DNA of 30,835 nt from Candidatus Micrarchaeaceae archaeon (GCA_050013715.1 JBEKES010000006.1:1-30835), one strand, 5' to 3'; numbered from the stretch's first letter, positions 7,995 to 16,891 are shown. The notes: generated by a model from the sequence alone, not told the origin. Made by a program: numbers and translations.

Positions 7995-8206
7995 CTGGTT
8001 TTCATTCAGTGATTTTCTTACGATTGATCCTAAGCCTGCTTTCTGTTTTGCAGATATGTAAATTGGCTTGGCATCATCTCACTTTTGTTTGTAGTATCTT
8101 TACTAATTATATAGTTATTTAAAGCAATTGGACAGTTTTAGCTGACCAAACATGCAGAGAGCCTAGACCAAATTCCTCTGCCTTTACAGAAAACAACAGG
8201 TTTATA

Positions 8207-8243
8207 TACTAGTTAGTACATATATATTACTAATTAGTACATA
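8207..8243. promoter_or_regulatory. Tandem palindromic operator
   Basis: TACTAGTTAGTACATA (8207) and TACTAATTAGTACATA (8228), 21 bp apart, immediately before the gene pair. Confidence 0.6.
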
Positions 8244-8246
8244 AAA

Positions 8247-8534
8247 ATGATTGAAATGGCGAAAATGATTATGGTACAAAGACTCAAGTATGCACCTACA
8301 CTTAATACAGTCATTATGGTAGAAAATGTCATAAAAAATTCTAAAAATTCCGTAATAACTATACCTGAAATAAAAAGAGCACTACCAAAGCAGGTAAACC
8401 ATGCAAAGCTTAAGATAATACTTGAGTATCTTGAAGAGAGTAATAAGATAGCTGTTACCATGAAAGGCATAACTTGGATACATAATACAAACCCTAAATT
8501 AAAAAAGGCTATTGAAAGAGGCATGGAAGTATGA
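8247..8534 (+). CDS. Small wHTH protein, putative antitoxin
   Basis: PTLNTVIMVE...ILEYLEESNKI; overlaps the next gene (ATGA). Confidence 0.6.
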   Translation: MIEMAKMIMVQRLKYAPTLNTVIMVENVIKNSKNSVITIPEIKRALPKQVNHAKLKIILEYLEESNKIAVTMKGITWIHNTNPKLKKAIERGMEV

Positions 8535-8884
8535 AACCTGTACGAGTGATTCTTTCAGAAGATGCAAGTGAAGTCTACAAATACCTTAATAGTAGGGCGT
8601 CAGATTCTAAAGTAGAGAGGAGCATATTGAAATCAGTTAAGAGCAAATTGGAATTGATAAAAGTAAATACACATTATGGTGAACCAATACCAAAACAATT
8701 AATTCCGAACGAATATAAAGTTAAGTATGGGATAACAAACTTATTTCATGTTGAACTATCTAATTTTTGGAGAATGTTATATACATTGACAAATGATGAG
8801 GAAGAAGTAGAAATAATCGCATTTGTACTTGATATTACAGATCACGAAACTTACAATAAGAAGTTTGGATATAAGAGACATTAA
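8531..8884 (+). CDS. RelE/ParE-superfamily-like toxin
   Basis: VILSEDASEVY...NTHYGEPI...NLFHVELSNFWRMLYTL...DHETYNKKFGY; RelE-like layout in a two-gene operon. Confidence 0.6.
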   Translation: MKPVRVILSEDASEVYKYLNSRASDSKVERSILKSVKSKLELIKVNTHYGEPIPKQLIPNEYKVKYGITNLFHVELSNFWRMLYTLTNDEEEVEIIAFVLDITDHETYNKKFGYKRH

Positions 8885-8939
8885 CAAATGCTTATATCTG
8901 ATATCATCTAATAGTATTCGACATCATTTAACATCATAC

Positions 8940-9000
8940 GGGAAGCACTCCTGAAGCTGGGCTTCCGGCGAGGGCGTTACACTGCCGGGTTGAAGCCCTG
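8940..9000 (+). repeat. Cassette junction 9
   Basis: GGAAGC...GCTTCC hairpin; core at 8966-8976; TTACACTGCCGGGTTGAAGCCC. Confidence 0.85.
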
Positions 9001-9110
9001 ATCATAGTCCTAATGGTAAGTCAAAAAATCCAGTTTAAATTCTTGAAAAGGATTTGGACTAAAAAAGAACATATAAATATCTAATAAAACAGAGTATTTT
9101 GAGTGAGTAA

Positions 9111-9737
9111 ATGACTAATCATGATAATTTGTCACGAAGAGCAAAGACAATACATTCAACATTAGACAATAGCAAATTAGTGCTTGGAATATTTACAGTT
9201 TCAGGTGAACAATCAAGGTTGTCAATTCGTATGGGACAAGGACCTAACGGAGCTAGCGGAACTTTTAGTGTTGAAGGAGCAGAATCAATGAACAATTTTC
9301 TCAATAACTTTCTTAGGCAAGGAAGTGAATTTAAATTGATTATCCTATCCGAAAGATTAAGTGAAAGAACAGCAAGACTCATTCAAAATAAAGCAAACTT
9401 GTTAGAATGCTATTTAGATGAAGATATTCTTAGAAATATCAAAACTAGACGTGTATTATTTATAGATTATTGCGATGCACCAAAAGAAGTCGGTTGGTAT
9501 TTTGTAGATAAAAATAATAAAACATTTCAAAGTATTTCTGAAGCTGAGTATAATGAGTTAGCATGGAATGAAAGATTATATGTTTATCCTCAAGCTTCTA
9601 AGGCAATTGAAGAAAAACGCCCATTAGTATTTGGTTATACTTGTACAAGAACTACGTTGCAAAATGGGGTTCTATTTCTTGGAGATAATTTTAATACTGA
9701 TGATGCCGCTCAAGTAGTTTTGAAGTTAAGTAGCTAA
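9111..9737 (+). CDS. Hypothetical protein (cassette 9 cargo)
   Basis: 208-aa ORF after the shared promoter. Confidence 0.75.
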   Translation: MTNHDNLSRRAKTIHSTLDNSKLVLGIFTVSGEQSRLSIRMGQGPNGASGTFSVEGAESMNNFLNNFLRQGSEFKLIILSERLSERTARLIQNKANLLECYLDEDILRNIKTRRVLFIDYCDAPKEVGWYFVDKNNKTFQSISEAEYNELAWNERLYVYPQASKAIEEKRPLVFGYTCTRTTLQNGVLFLGDNFNTDDAAQVVLKLSS

Positions 9738-9786
9738 AAATTAATTATAAAACAGAGTACACTCTTTACATAAAAGTATGTAGTTT

Positions 9787-9866
9787 GGGGCTTTAGCGCA
9801 AAAAGCTAATGCTCGGCGAGGGCGGACTTCAACGTGTCGCAGTCGAAGAAATAAGGCTTCAAAGCT
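9787..9866 (+). repeat. Cassette junction 10
   Basis: GGGC-T-TTAGC...GCTAA-T-GCTC hairpin; core at 9814-9824; GACTTCAACGTGTCGCAGTCGAA...GGCTTCAAAGC. Confidence 0.85.
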
Positions 9867-9919
9867 ATAAAAAAGTACAATATAAATATCTAATAAAACA
9901 GAGTATTTTGAGTGGTATT

Positions 9920-10615
9920 ATGACAACTAAAATAGGGTCGCGGCTAAGTACGGCTGCAAAAGAAAGATTATGTGAAACTTTCGGTAAATATTTGAACAAA
10001 AGAGATCCAGATATGGGTCATACTGCTGCAGATTTTATCATAAATAGTATGCTTGACAGCAAGATATTGCAAAACCAAACTTTAACAAATAAATTTGTAG
10101 AAATTGTTACAAAAAATTATGGATCTTATCCAGAAGCAGCAATGAATTTATCAGTGCCTCTTGATAATGATGTATATAATATGGGAGAAAAAGAATTTGA
10201 TAATTATTTATTTATAATAAGTAGCCCTAACTTTTTGACAGGATTAATATCCTTTGAGAACATGAGCAATGTAATTCATCATTTTTCAGAAAGGATGGCA
10301 TTCAGGGCAGCAGACAAGGCAACAGATGCAAAAGATGAGTTATATGCGGTCCTTGATTCTTTAAAAGACCCAAATGTCATATCATTAGTGCATGGGATTA
10401 TTGGTAGTCCTGCCGAAGATGGGGTTTTAGAAATAATTTCTTATGCTCTTCAATATGGTATTGAACCAACTAAAAAAGTTGGTGAGATATTAACAATTAT
10501 GAAAGACACACCAAGAGCAGTTGAAGCTATACGTAAAATTAGTGATGAATTCGCTAAATACGTTGCTGACGATGTTAAAGCTAAATCAGAAAATATGGGA
10601 TTATCTAGAAAATAA
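9920..10615 (+). CDS. Hypothetical protein, 231 aa (cassette 10)
   Basis: Likely start is ATG 9920 after the shared promoter; the track's 9809 start runs through the junction. Confidence 0.75.
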   Translation: MTTKIGSRLSTAAKERLCETFGKYLNKRDPDMGHTAADFIINSMLDSKILQNQTLTNKFVEIVTKNYGSYPEAAMNLSVPLDNDVYNMGEKEFDNYLFIISSPNFLTGLISFENMSNVIHHFSERMAFRAADKATDAKDELYAVLDSLKDPNVISLVHGIIGSPAEDGVLEIISYALQYGIEPTKKVGEILTIMKDTPRAVEAIRKISDEFAKYVADDVKAKSENMGLSRK

Positions 10616-10625
10616 AGTGATATAA

Positions 10626-10967
10626 ATGCCCACTGTAAATATCTATTATAAAACCAAAAGAGACGGTGCAACTCTAAAACCTGTTATACCAAAGCTAAAG
10701 ACGTACCTAGCCAAGAAACTAACCTGTGGCGAAATTAAGCTAAGGCAAGATGAAATAAGCGTGAGACCCATTAAAGTTGAAGGTAATGGGATGCTTGGTA
10801 GGGTAGAAGTTGATATTGTTGCTCATGAATTTGCTGAAAGAGTAAAGAATCAGGATAAGATATGTTTTGATACTAAGCAATGGCTAGAAAAAGAAGCTAG
10901 ACCAATAGATAATTTCAGAGTCTGGCTTAATCTAGGACAATTAGGACATGATGTACTGCCTACTTAA
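10626..10967 (+). CDS. Hypothetical protein, possibly tautomerase/MIF-like fold
   Basis: N-terminal Pro (MPTVNIYY), beta-alpha-beta pattern, GTGAT RBS. Confidence 0.55.
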   Translation: MPTVNIYYKTKRDGATLKPVIPKLKTYLAKKLTCGEIKLRQDEISVRPIKVEGNGMLGRVEVDIVAHEFAERVKNQDKICFDTKQWLEKEARPIDNFRVWLNLGQLGHDVLPT

Positions 10968-10970
10968 TTT

Positions 10971-11077
10971 CCTTGTACCTTTACTAAGTAGCAAGGGAGA
11001 AATGTTATCGTAACGATTGAAGACCGGCGAGGGCAACTGAGACGTTACACATCTAGGAATTGGGGTTAAAAGCCCTC
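10971..11077 (+). repeat. Cassette junction 11
   Basis: Left arm like junction 8; core at 11025-11034; right arm TTACACATCTAGGAATTGGGGTTAAAAGCCC like junction 7. Confidence 0.85.
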
Positions 11078-11229
11078 ATTTTCTAGAGATAAAATCGATT
11101 GTAATCTAAAAATAGCTTTATATATTTAAAACTCCATAATTGAATAGTGATTGAATAGTCTTAATAAGCAGAAATATTGAAAATGAACATGAAAGAGCAG
11201 TAGTTTGGGGTGTTAACCCTGCATTATGC

Positions 11230-11649
11230 ATGCCAAAAGTTAGTGGAAGGCAAAAATTATTAAATGATAATTTACGAATAGCTGCAATTAATGGTAATAT
11301 TGAAGGCGTAAAAGTAGCCATTAAGGATGGTGCAAATGTGAATGCAGTAGACCCAAATAATGGAACAGCTTTGGTAGATGCTGCATCCCGAAATTATGTT
11401 GAAATAGTAAATGTACTTTTGGATAATAAGGCTGATGTTAATGTGGCTACTTACCCTAATCGGATGACTGCTTTGATGTACGCATCAAATAATGGATATA
11501 CTGAAATTGTTAGGGCACTACTTGATAAAAATGCTGATGTTGAACGAAGAAACTGGGATGGCAATAATGCAATAAATTTTGCAAGAGAAAATAGCCATGG
11601 CAAAATCTTAACTTTGTTAGAATCGCATCTACTTAGAAAAACTAATTAA
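11230..11649 (+). CDS. Ankyrin-repeat protein
   Basis: About 4 repeats: AAINGNIEGVK..GANVN, TALVDAASRNYVEIV..ADVN, TALMYASNNGYTEIVRALL. Confidence 0.93.
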   Translation: MPKVSGRQKLLNDNLRIAAINGNIEGVKVAIKDGANVNAVDPNNGTALVDAASRNYVEIVNVLLDNKADVNVATYPNRMTALMYASNNGYTEIVRALLDKNADVERRNWDGNNAINFARENSHGKILTLLESHLLRKTN

Positions 11650-11677
11650 GTACAAATCATAAACCATTATCATATTG

Positions 11678-11724
11678 CGGGCTTTTTCTTTTTATGGCGT
11701 AAATGAAAAAGCTCGGCGAGGGCG
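11678..11724 (+). repeat. Terminal cassette junction 12 (attR-like)
   Basis: CGGGCTTTTTC...GAAAAAGCTCG hairpin running into the core at 11714-11724; no tRNA-like arm follows. Confidence 0.85.
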
Positions 11725-11776
11725 TGTCTCAAAAAGGTTTTTCATCTACATATATAAAAAATATTTGAGTGAAAAT

Positions 11777-12397
11777 TTAGTTGCATGCAACTCCGAAATT
11801 GTAACTAGCGTAGGTCGCGTTAGAAACATTCAAGGATTGTCCTAAATTAGATATCTGCAACTGGCCCTCCAAAGTATACATGCTAGAAAAATTCTTCCCA
11901 TAAGTTCCATTCAAAAATAGAGGATTTTGAAACCCTACCGGGAAGTACTTGCATATGAAAGCTATGCTTGTTATGTTGCTTGTCTGAATAGGTACATAGG
12001 TGAACCTGCTGCCACGCCCATTAAAATTTGGTATAACTATAAAAGTACTGGTTTGATTTTGATTAGGTATGGTAGTGCTTGAAGATGTGGTGCTAACAGA
12101 AGTGGTTATGGAAGTAGTAGTTCTAAAGATGGTTGTAGAAATTGTGGTTGTTGGTATTGTAGTTCTACGTGTTGTAGTTCTTGGTATTGTACTCGTGCCC
12201 CTTACGGTGCTTATGAAAGTCGTAGTTGTTGTGCTTGAGGTTGTTTTTGCTGAAGTAGTTGCAACTGTTAAAGAGGTTATTTCGCTATTAATGGGCAGAT
12301 CCATAATACGAAACAAAACAAGAGTTACTATTACAGCTAACACTATTACCAAGATGGCTATGATGTATTTGTAAATATTGTGCTTCTTCTTTTTCAT
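11777..12397 (-). CDS. Membrane-anchored Thr/Ser-rich surface protein
   Basis: Basic N-terminus, TM helix, long Thr-rich linker, C-terminal domain with NxS/T sequons. Confidence 0.8.
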   Translation of the reverse strand: MKKKKHNIYKYIIAILVIVLAVIVTLVLFRIMDLPINSEITSLTVATTSAKTTSSTTTTTFISTVRGTSTIPRTTTRRTTIPTTTISTTIFRTTTSITTSVSTTSSSTTIPNQNQTSTFIVIPNFNGRGSRFTYVPIQTSNITSIAFICKYFPVGFQNPLFLNGTYGKNFSSMYTLEGQLQISNLGQSLNVSNATYASYNFGVACN

Positions 12398-12555
12398 TAT
12401 ATCAGTTTATCAATACGGATTATTAAGGTTGATAAAAATAATTGCGTAAAATGTAATTTCTTGATGCGATTTTGACTTTATAAAGTGAAATATACTTCTA
12501 TTTAATGTAGTTTAATTTAGTAAAGGTTTAAATACTCTACTTGAGCATATATACT

Positions 12556-13164
12556 ATGGCAAAGCAAGAAACGACAACCACTAAAACAACCATAAACAAC
12601 AGCAGAAGGAATCCGGTAACAACAACCACAACTACTAAAACGACAACCATAAATAAAAGGAGGAGGACACCAGCGCCTAAACCTGAAAAGAAAGGTAATG
12701 GGGGCACTATAGCAGGTATACTTATTATTTTAATATTATTGGCTGTGTTAGCTTACTTTTTCCTGAATCCGCCATTAACTTTACAACAGCAGCAAAGCCA
12801 ATTCGCTAATCAACTTTCCATGCTGCAGAATAATAATCAGAATCTTACGCTTTTTTACCTTGCCAATGCGGCAAATTACAATCTGAATGTAAACAAGAGC
12901 TGGTCGATACAGGTTACTGACAAGAACTATGCAAACGTTACTATTGGACAGCTCACAATTAGCTGGAACGGGCAATATAAGAACCTCTCCATAGAGAACG
13001 GTATAGTAAATACAGACATATCACCTACTTATGCAGTGACACTACCGCATTCTGAATTTATGTCCTTCTCAAATGCTGCAATTGCAAGGAACACAGCGGC
13101 TGCATTTGCTGATTATACTACCTACTATCTAACTGGAAAATTAAATTATGTAAGGATAAAATAA
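12556..13164 (+). CDS. Single-TM protein with a Thr/Arg-rich N-terminus
   Basis: Repeated TTTTKTTIN, then a TM helix and an Asn-rich extracellular domain. Confidence 0.75.
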   Translation: MAKQETTTTKTTINNSRRNPVTTTTTTKTTTINKRRRTPAPKPEKKGNGGTIAGILIILILLAVLAYFFLNPPLTLQQQQSQFANQLSMLQNNNQNLTLFYLANAANYNLNVNKSWSIQVTDKNYANVTIGQLTISWNGQYKNLSIENGIVNTDISPTYAVTLPHSEFMSFSNAAIARNTAAAFADYTTYYLTGKLNYVRIK

Positions 13165-13284
13165 TCCTTTTACCTATTTACTATCTAAAAGATACTACAA
13201 ATCAGGTTACAACAATAACTGGAAGTGGAGTGGTATCCTAGTACCAATTCTCTGTTAATGTGCGTTGGCCCTATGTCGATGGTG

Positions 13285-13810
13285 CTAAAGTAAGCGTTTT
13301 CTTTTTAACTCGAAATAATTGCCTCCAAATCCTCCTAGAATTCCTATTACTATTATGATTATTAATACACCAAGCCATTCAAAGCCCAGTATAGCGGCAT
13401 CAAAATATGTTAATAGTAAAATTAAACCTATTGTAGAAAATACTCCTGCCAAAATTCCTTGTTTTGTACTTCCTTTGGCCTTGATGCCTGTAATTACAGC
13501 ACCGATTAATCCGCTTAATACTATAAGAAAAAGCGTAAAAACACTTGTATGATTTTCAAAAGTGAAGATAATCAATCCAATAATAAATCCTATGATATTG
13601 CTTATAATTATGCTTATTGCAAATCTAAGATTAGGTTTAAATGATAACTTCTTTTTCTGCACTTTGGTTGGCGTTATGATCCACCTAAGCCGCTTCAAGT
13701 TCGCTGAGGTCCAAGCTTTTCTTAAGCTCTTTCACACTTGCCTTCGCCATTTCGGAAAACATACTATCCTGTATGTTATTTAGCTCAGTTTTTGTTTTTT
13801 TATTCTCCAT
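13285..13810 (-). CDS. Four-TM membrane protein (DUF5518-like); N-terminus apparently frameshifted near 13700
   Basis: ATG 13810 with a GGTGAG RBS gives 41 aa ending at TAG 13685; the overlapping frame 13698-13285 encodes the TM helices. Confidence 0.55.
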
Positions 13811-14069
13811 TTTCTCACCATTAATAATCATAAGAGTCCTGAAATCCTAAGTTCAAGAAATTAGGTAGTTTAATCAACCACATTATGGATCCTTTGATAG
13901 GTTGTAACGCTCCCATCCGAAGATTACGGAAAAATTAGGAAGACAAGAAATTCTTCTTGTTTGAACTCATTTCATCCTTCTCTACTGTATTATATATTAC
14001 ACTTAAAGACATATAGATGTTCCACATTGCTTTTTGGGCATTTTTAAGGCGATGCAAAGCATTTAAGCA

Positions 14070-15194
14070 TTATTTCAATATTGCATCCATGCCTAGAAAT
14101 CTTCCGTATCTTTCTGCTTCTTCTCTGATTCCTTTCATGTTATCTTTGTTCAATTTTACGTAATGCTTTAGTGCAACTACAACCTTGTCCTTCACGATCT
14201 TCCTGCTCCATGTGCCTACTACTTCTCCATTAACAACTATCACAGGGACGAATATTCCGTTGCTGTAGATGATTGCAGGTTTTTTATAATCATTTATCGT
14301 ATTTTTCAATGTTCTCTGAAGTTCAGGATTGGAAAGCATTGCGCTTCTATCGGCATAGCTTACGAGATATTCGTCAAAAGCAGGCAAAAGATGCACCGAA
14401 TTATCATTACTACGCAGTTTTGGAATATGCTTTGGCATGTAGTATGTAATGCCATCTATGCTTTCTTCGGCAAGCTTTGATTTCATGTGTTCTATGCCAA
14501 TCCTTGCATCGCTGACCTTTAAACCTGACCACCATACATAATCCTTGATTGTTGCTGGGCCATGGCTTGAAAAGTCCCTAAGGGCAAGCTCGGCGTTCGC
14601 CTGCTCCTGAGAAAGCTCGTTCCTCCTTGTTATGTGCTCGTCCAGCAGCACAAACGTCTGCTCCCTGCCTTCATATGGTCCGAAGCATATGAGGCCGTCC
14701 CAGGCCGCCCTATAGAGCATATGGTAGCCAAGGTTGGATCCCAGCCCATTATTGGACTTGATTCCTGCTTTCTCAAGAACCTTATACATTTCTTTCCGTG
14801 TGAGATGCTTTCCTCCCTTCAGCGCATTGTAGAACATTGTCTTTGTCTTCTCCACAACTTTGTCGCTCAGCCCCAGGTGTCTGTCCCTTACCATTGCCGT
14901 GCTTAGAAGCCTAGGTGCAAAGAGCTTCAGCATCCAGTGTATATCGGAGGAAGTAGCAAAATGCAGGGTGCCCCTCATGAGCCATGTCCTTGAGATTTTC
15001 CTTTTGGCTATCGCATTTTCAATGTCCTTAATTGTGGTGCCGTCTTTGCATCTTAGCCCCATGGCCCACAGCGAAGCGGGGTAATCCTGAGCCTGCATTG
15101 CTCCCATGGAATTCAACACCTCTTCAGGTGTATTTAGTCCATTGCCGATGTGCTGAGATGAAAGCCTATAATTAATAATATCTGAGATATCCAT
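14070..15194 (-). CDS. AlkZ/YcaQ-family (HTH_42) DNA glycosylase-like protein
   Basis: AMQAQD (QxQ), RTWLMRGTLH, HGPATIKDYVWWSGL, LLPAFDEYLVSYADR. Confidence 0.88.
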   Translation of the reverse strand: MDISDIINYRLSSQHIGNGLNTPEEVLNSMGAMQAQDYPASLWAMGLRCKDGTTIKDIENAIAKRKISRTWLMRGTLHFATSSDIHWMLKLFAPRLLSTAMVRDRHLGLSDKVVEKTKTMFYNALKGGKHLTRKEMYKVLEKAGIKSNNGLGSNLGYHMLYRAAWDGLICFGPYEGREQTFVLLDEHITRRNELSQEQANAELALRDFSSHGPATIKDYVWWSGLKVSDARIGIEHMKSKLAEESIDGITYYMPKHIPKLRSNDNSVHLLPAFDEYLVSYADRSAMLSNPELQRTLKNTINDYKKPAIIYSNGIFVPVIVVNGEVVGTWSRKIVKDKVVVALKHYVKLNKDNMKGIREEAERYGRFLGMDAILK

Positions 15195-15357
15195 GGTAGA
15201 GTAATGAACAAAAAGAAATTAAAGCCTTGGGAATAACATACCTTTATAGCATCACTAAGACAATACTTATCATGGCAAAGAAAGACAAATTCAAAGTTGG
15301 AATATCATAGTACATGGAAACAGGAATGCAAAGATGACAAGAAAAAAATATGATTAA

Positions 15358-15639
15358 ATGAAAACCTTAAAAATTGATGTTAAAAGCGGCGAAAAAGCTT
15401 CAAGACTTGAGCTTTTTGTAAGGATTCTTTGGCTTATAGTTGGTGGAATAATACTCTGGTTCTACAGCATAATTGCAATTGTGTGCATAATAGTGCATTG
15501 GTTTTTCATTCTCATAACAGGAAAGAGAAACAAAACCTTGAATAATGTTCTAAGAGTTTATCTTTACTATAAGACAAAATTCGAGGCGTATCTTATAATG
15601 TTAACTGATGAGAGGAGTCCGCTTCTGCCTGAAGATTAA
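15358..15639 (+). CDS. DUF4389-like membrane protein
   Basis: SRLELFVR...WFFILITGKR...YLIMLTDERSP. Confidence 0.75.
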   Translation: MKTLKIDVKSGEKASRLELFVRILWLIVGGIILWFYSIIAIVCIIVHWFFILITGKRNKTLNNVLRVYLYYKTKFEAYLIMLTDERSPLLPED

Positions 15640-15672
15640 GTATCTGAACTGCAAATAATTTGTGATAAACCT

Positions 15673-15990
15673 ATGAAAATAATAAAAGTGGAATACACTG
15701 CCAGGGAAGATTTTGTTAAAACCAACAAGGAGAACATACGCGCTGTTATGGATGAACTAAGGGGCCTAAATGCCGATGTAAAGTATTTTGTCTCCCTAAA
15801 GGAAAATGGGAGGACATTTGTTCACATTGCAATGTCTCGTGATGAAGAAGCCAGCAACATAATTCCAAATCTTGAATCCTTTAAGAAATTCAAGGAACAG
15901 CTTGCAACGGGTGTTGAATCCCAACCAAATTCAGAAAATTTGGATATTGTAAATTCGTCTTTTGATATTTTTAATACATCCGAAGTGTAA
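15673..15990 (+). CDS. Dimeric alpha-beta barrel (ABM-like) protein
   Basis: VEYTAREDFVKTNKENIRAVMDEL...TFVHIA...LESFKKF. Confidence 0.6.
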   Translation: MKIIKVEYTAREDFVKTNKENIRAVMDELRGLNADVKYFVSLKENGRTFVHIAMSRDEEASNIIPNLESFKKFKEQLATGVESQPNSENLDIVNSSFDIFNTSEV

Positions 15991-16117
15991 AAATTCATCT
16001 CTAAAAATAATCACAGTAAAGTAGGAATGATATCTAAAAGATTGAGGGAGATTATTCTAATATATTGATTCTGAAGACTGAATATGAATAATATTTTTAT
16101 ATTTCAGCAGAAAATTA

Positions 16118-16891
16118 TTATCTGATCCACTGCTCTTTAGAGAATCTGCTGAATGTTTTTATATCGTTAAATTTTCCCCTTAGCTTCAGCAGGAAATGAC
16201 CTGTCCCTCCAACACTAAACCCGACAAGATCCTGAGTCATGTCTCTAGCTATATTTTGATGCATGTTATCAAAATAGCCGCTCATAAAATAGCATGCTAT
16301 GCCGGTACCAATTGCAATAGCTGTAAGAATACCGTATTGTACTGCTTTTTCTGTGTATTCTAAAAGTTTTCTATTAAGGTATTCTTTTGTTGCTGCAGTA
16401 AGAGGCAATTTTACATTAGAATCTCCATTAGTATCATTCATTTCCTTTCCGGTTAATTCCCTTAGGTCATCGATTACGCCTGTCCTATGGTGTCTTATCA
16501 AGCCTCTGAGGCCTTCTCTTGCTTCTGGCGTTGTTCCTTCTATATTATCTATCACATTTTCAGCATGATCATATCTCAATTTTGCTGCAAGTAAATTTAT
16601 TATTTTTTGATCCGGATCTTTTGCTTTCCATCCCTCTATGTGATTTAATGTCGCACCTATTGCATGTGATTTGAATGATATGTCTTGCTCAAATTTGCTC
16701 TGCCTCTCAATTCCCAGCAATCCAACTATTGTGCTTGGTTTCACCAATCCCCTAAGTGCCGATAAGATTACTTTACCTTTAGGCTGTTCATCTGAATCTA
16801 AATTGCATAAAGGTCCTGCCTTTGGCATATGCAGTTTAACCATATGGTGTCTTTGAGGTCTGAGTTGTTTATTATGCTCTGTAGTTACCAT
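16118..16891 (-). CDS. Hypothetical protein with C-terminal hydrophobic helices
   Basis: Long ORF; GTGAT RBS before ATG 16891. Confidence 0.7.
   Translation of the reverse strand: MVTTEHNKQLRPQRHHMVKLHMPKAGPLCNLDSDEQPKGKVILSALRGLVKPSTIVGLLGIERQSKFEQDISFKSHAIGATLNHIEGWKAKDPDQKIINLLAAKLRYDHAENVIDNIEGTTPEAREGLRGLIRHHRTGVIDDLRELTGKEMNDTNGDSNVKLPLTAATKEYLNRKLLEYTEKAVQYGILTAIAIGTGIACYFMSGYFDNMHQNIARDMTQDLVGFSVGGTGHFLLKLRGKFNDIKTFSRFSKEQWIR

Larger units (their letters stand above)
66..11724 (+). mobile_element. Tandem gene-cassette array (11 complete cassettes) delimited by direct-repeat cores CGGCGAGGGC(G); probably continues left of the window
   Basis: 12 exact copies of CGGCGAGGGC at 66, 2246, 3431, 3873, 4749, 5494, 6298, 6945, 8966, 9814, 11025 and 11714. 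All are on the + strand and intergenic, with 1-4 genes between successive copies; none seen after 11723. Confidence 0.85.

Noticed and set aside
9809..9919. N-terminal extension of the 268-aa ORF
   Set aside because: It runs through the core, arm and promoter; the likely start is ATG 9920.
66..11724. CRISPR array or classical attC integron
   Set aside because: The repeat is only 10-11 bp with 0.4-2.2 kb gene-bearing intervals; no cas or intI gene and no consistent attC R/L boxes were seen.
12069..12374. Val-rich ORF on the + strand
   Set aside because: Antisense shadow of the Thr-rich linker of 11777-12397.
13161..13190. AATCCTTTTACCTATTTACTATCTAA resembling the start of type-B cassette tails
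   Set aside because: Short pyrimidine-rich match with no core downstream; more likely a generic terminator-like tract.
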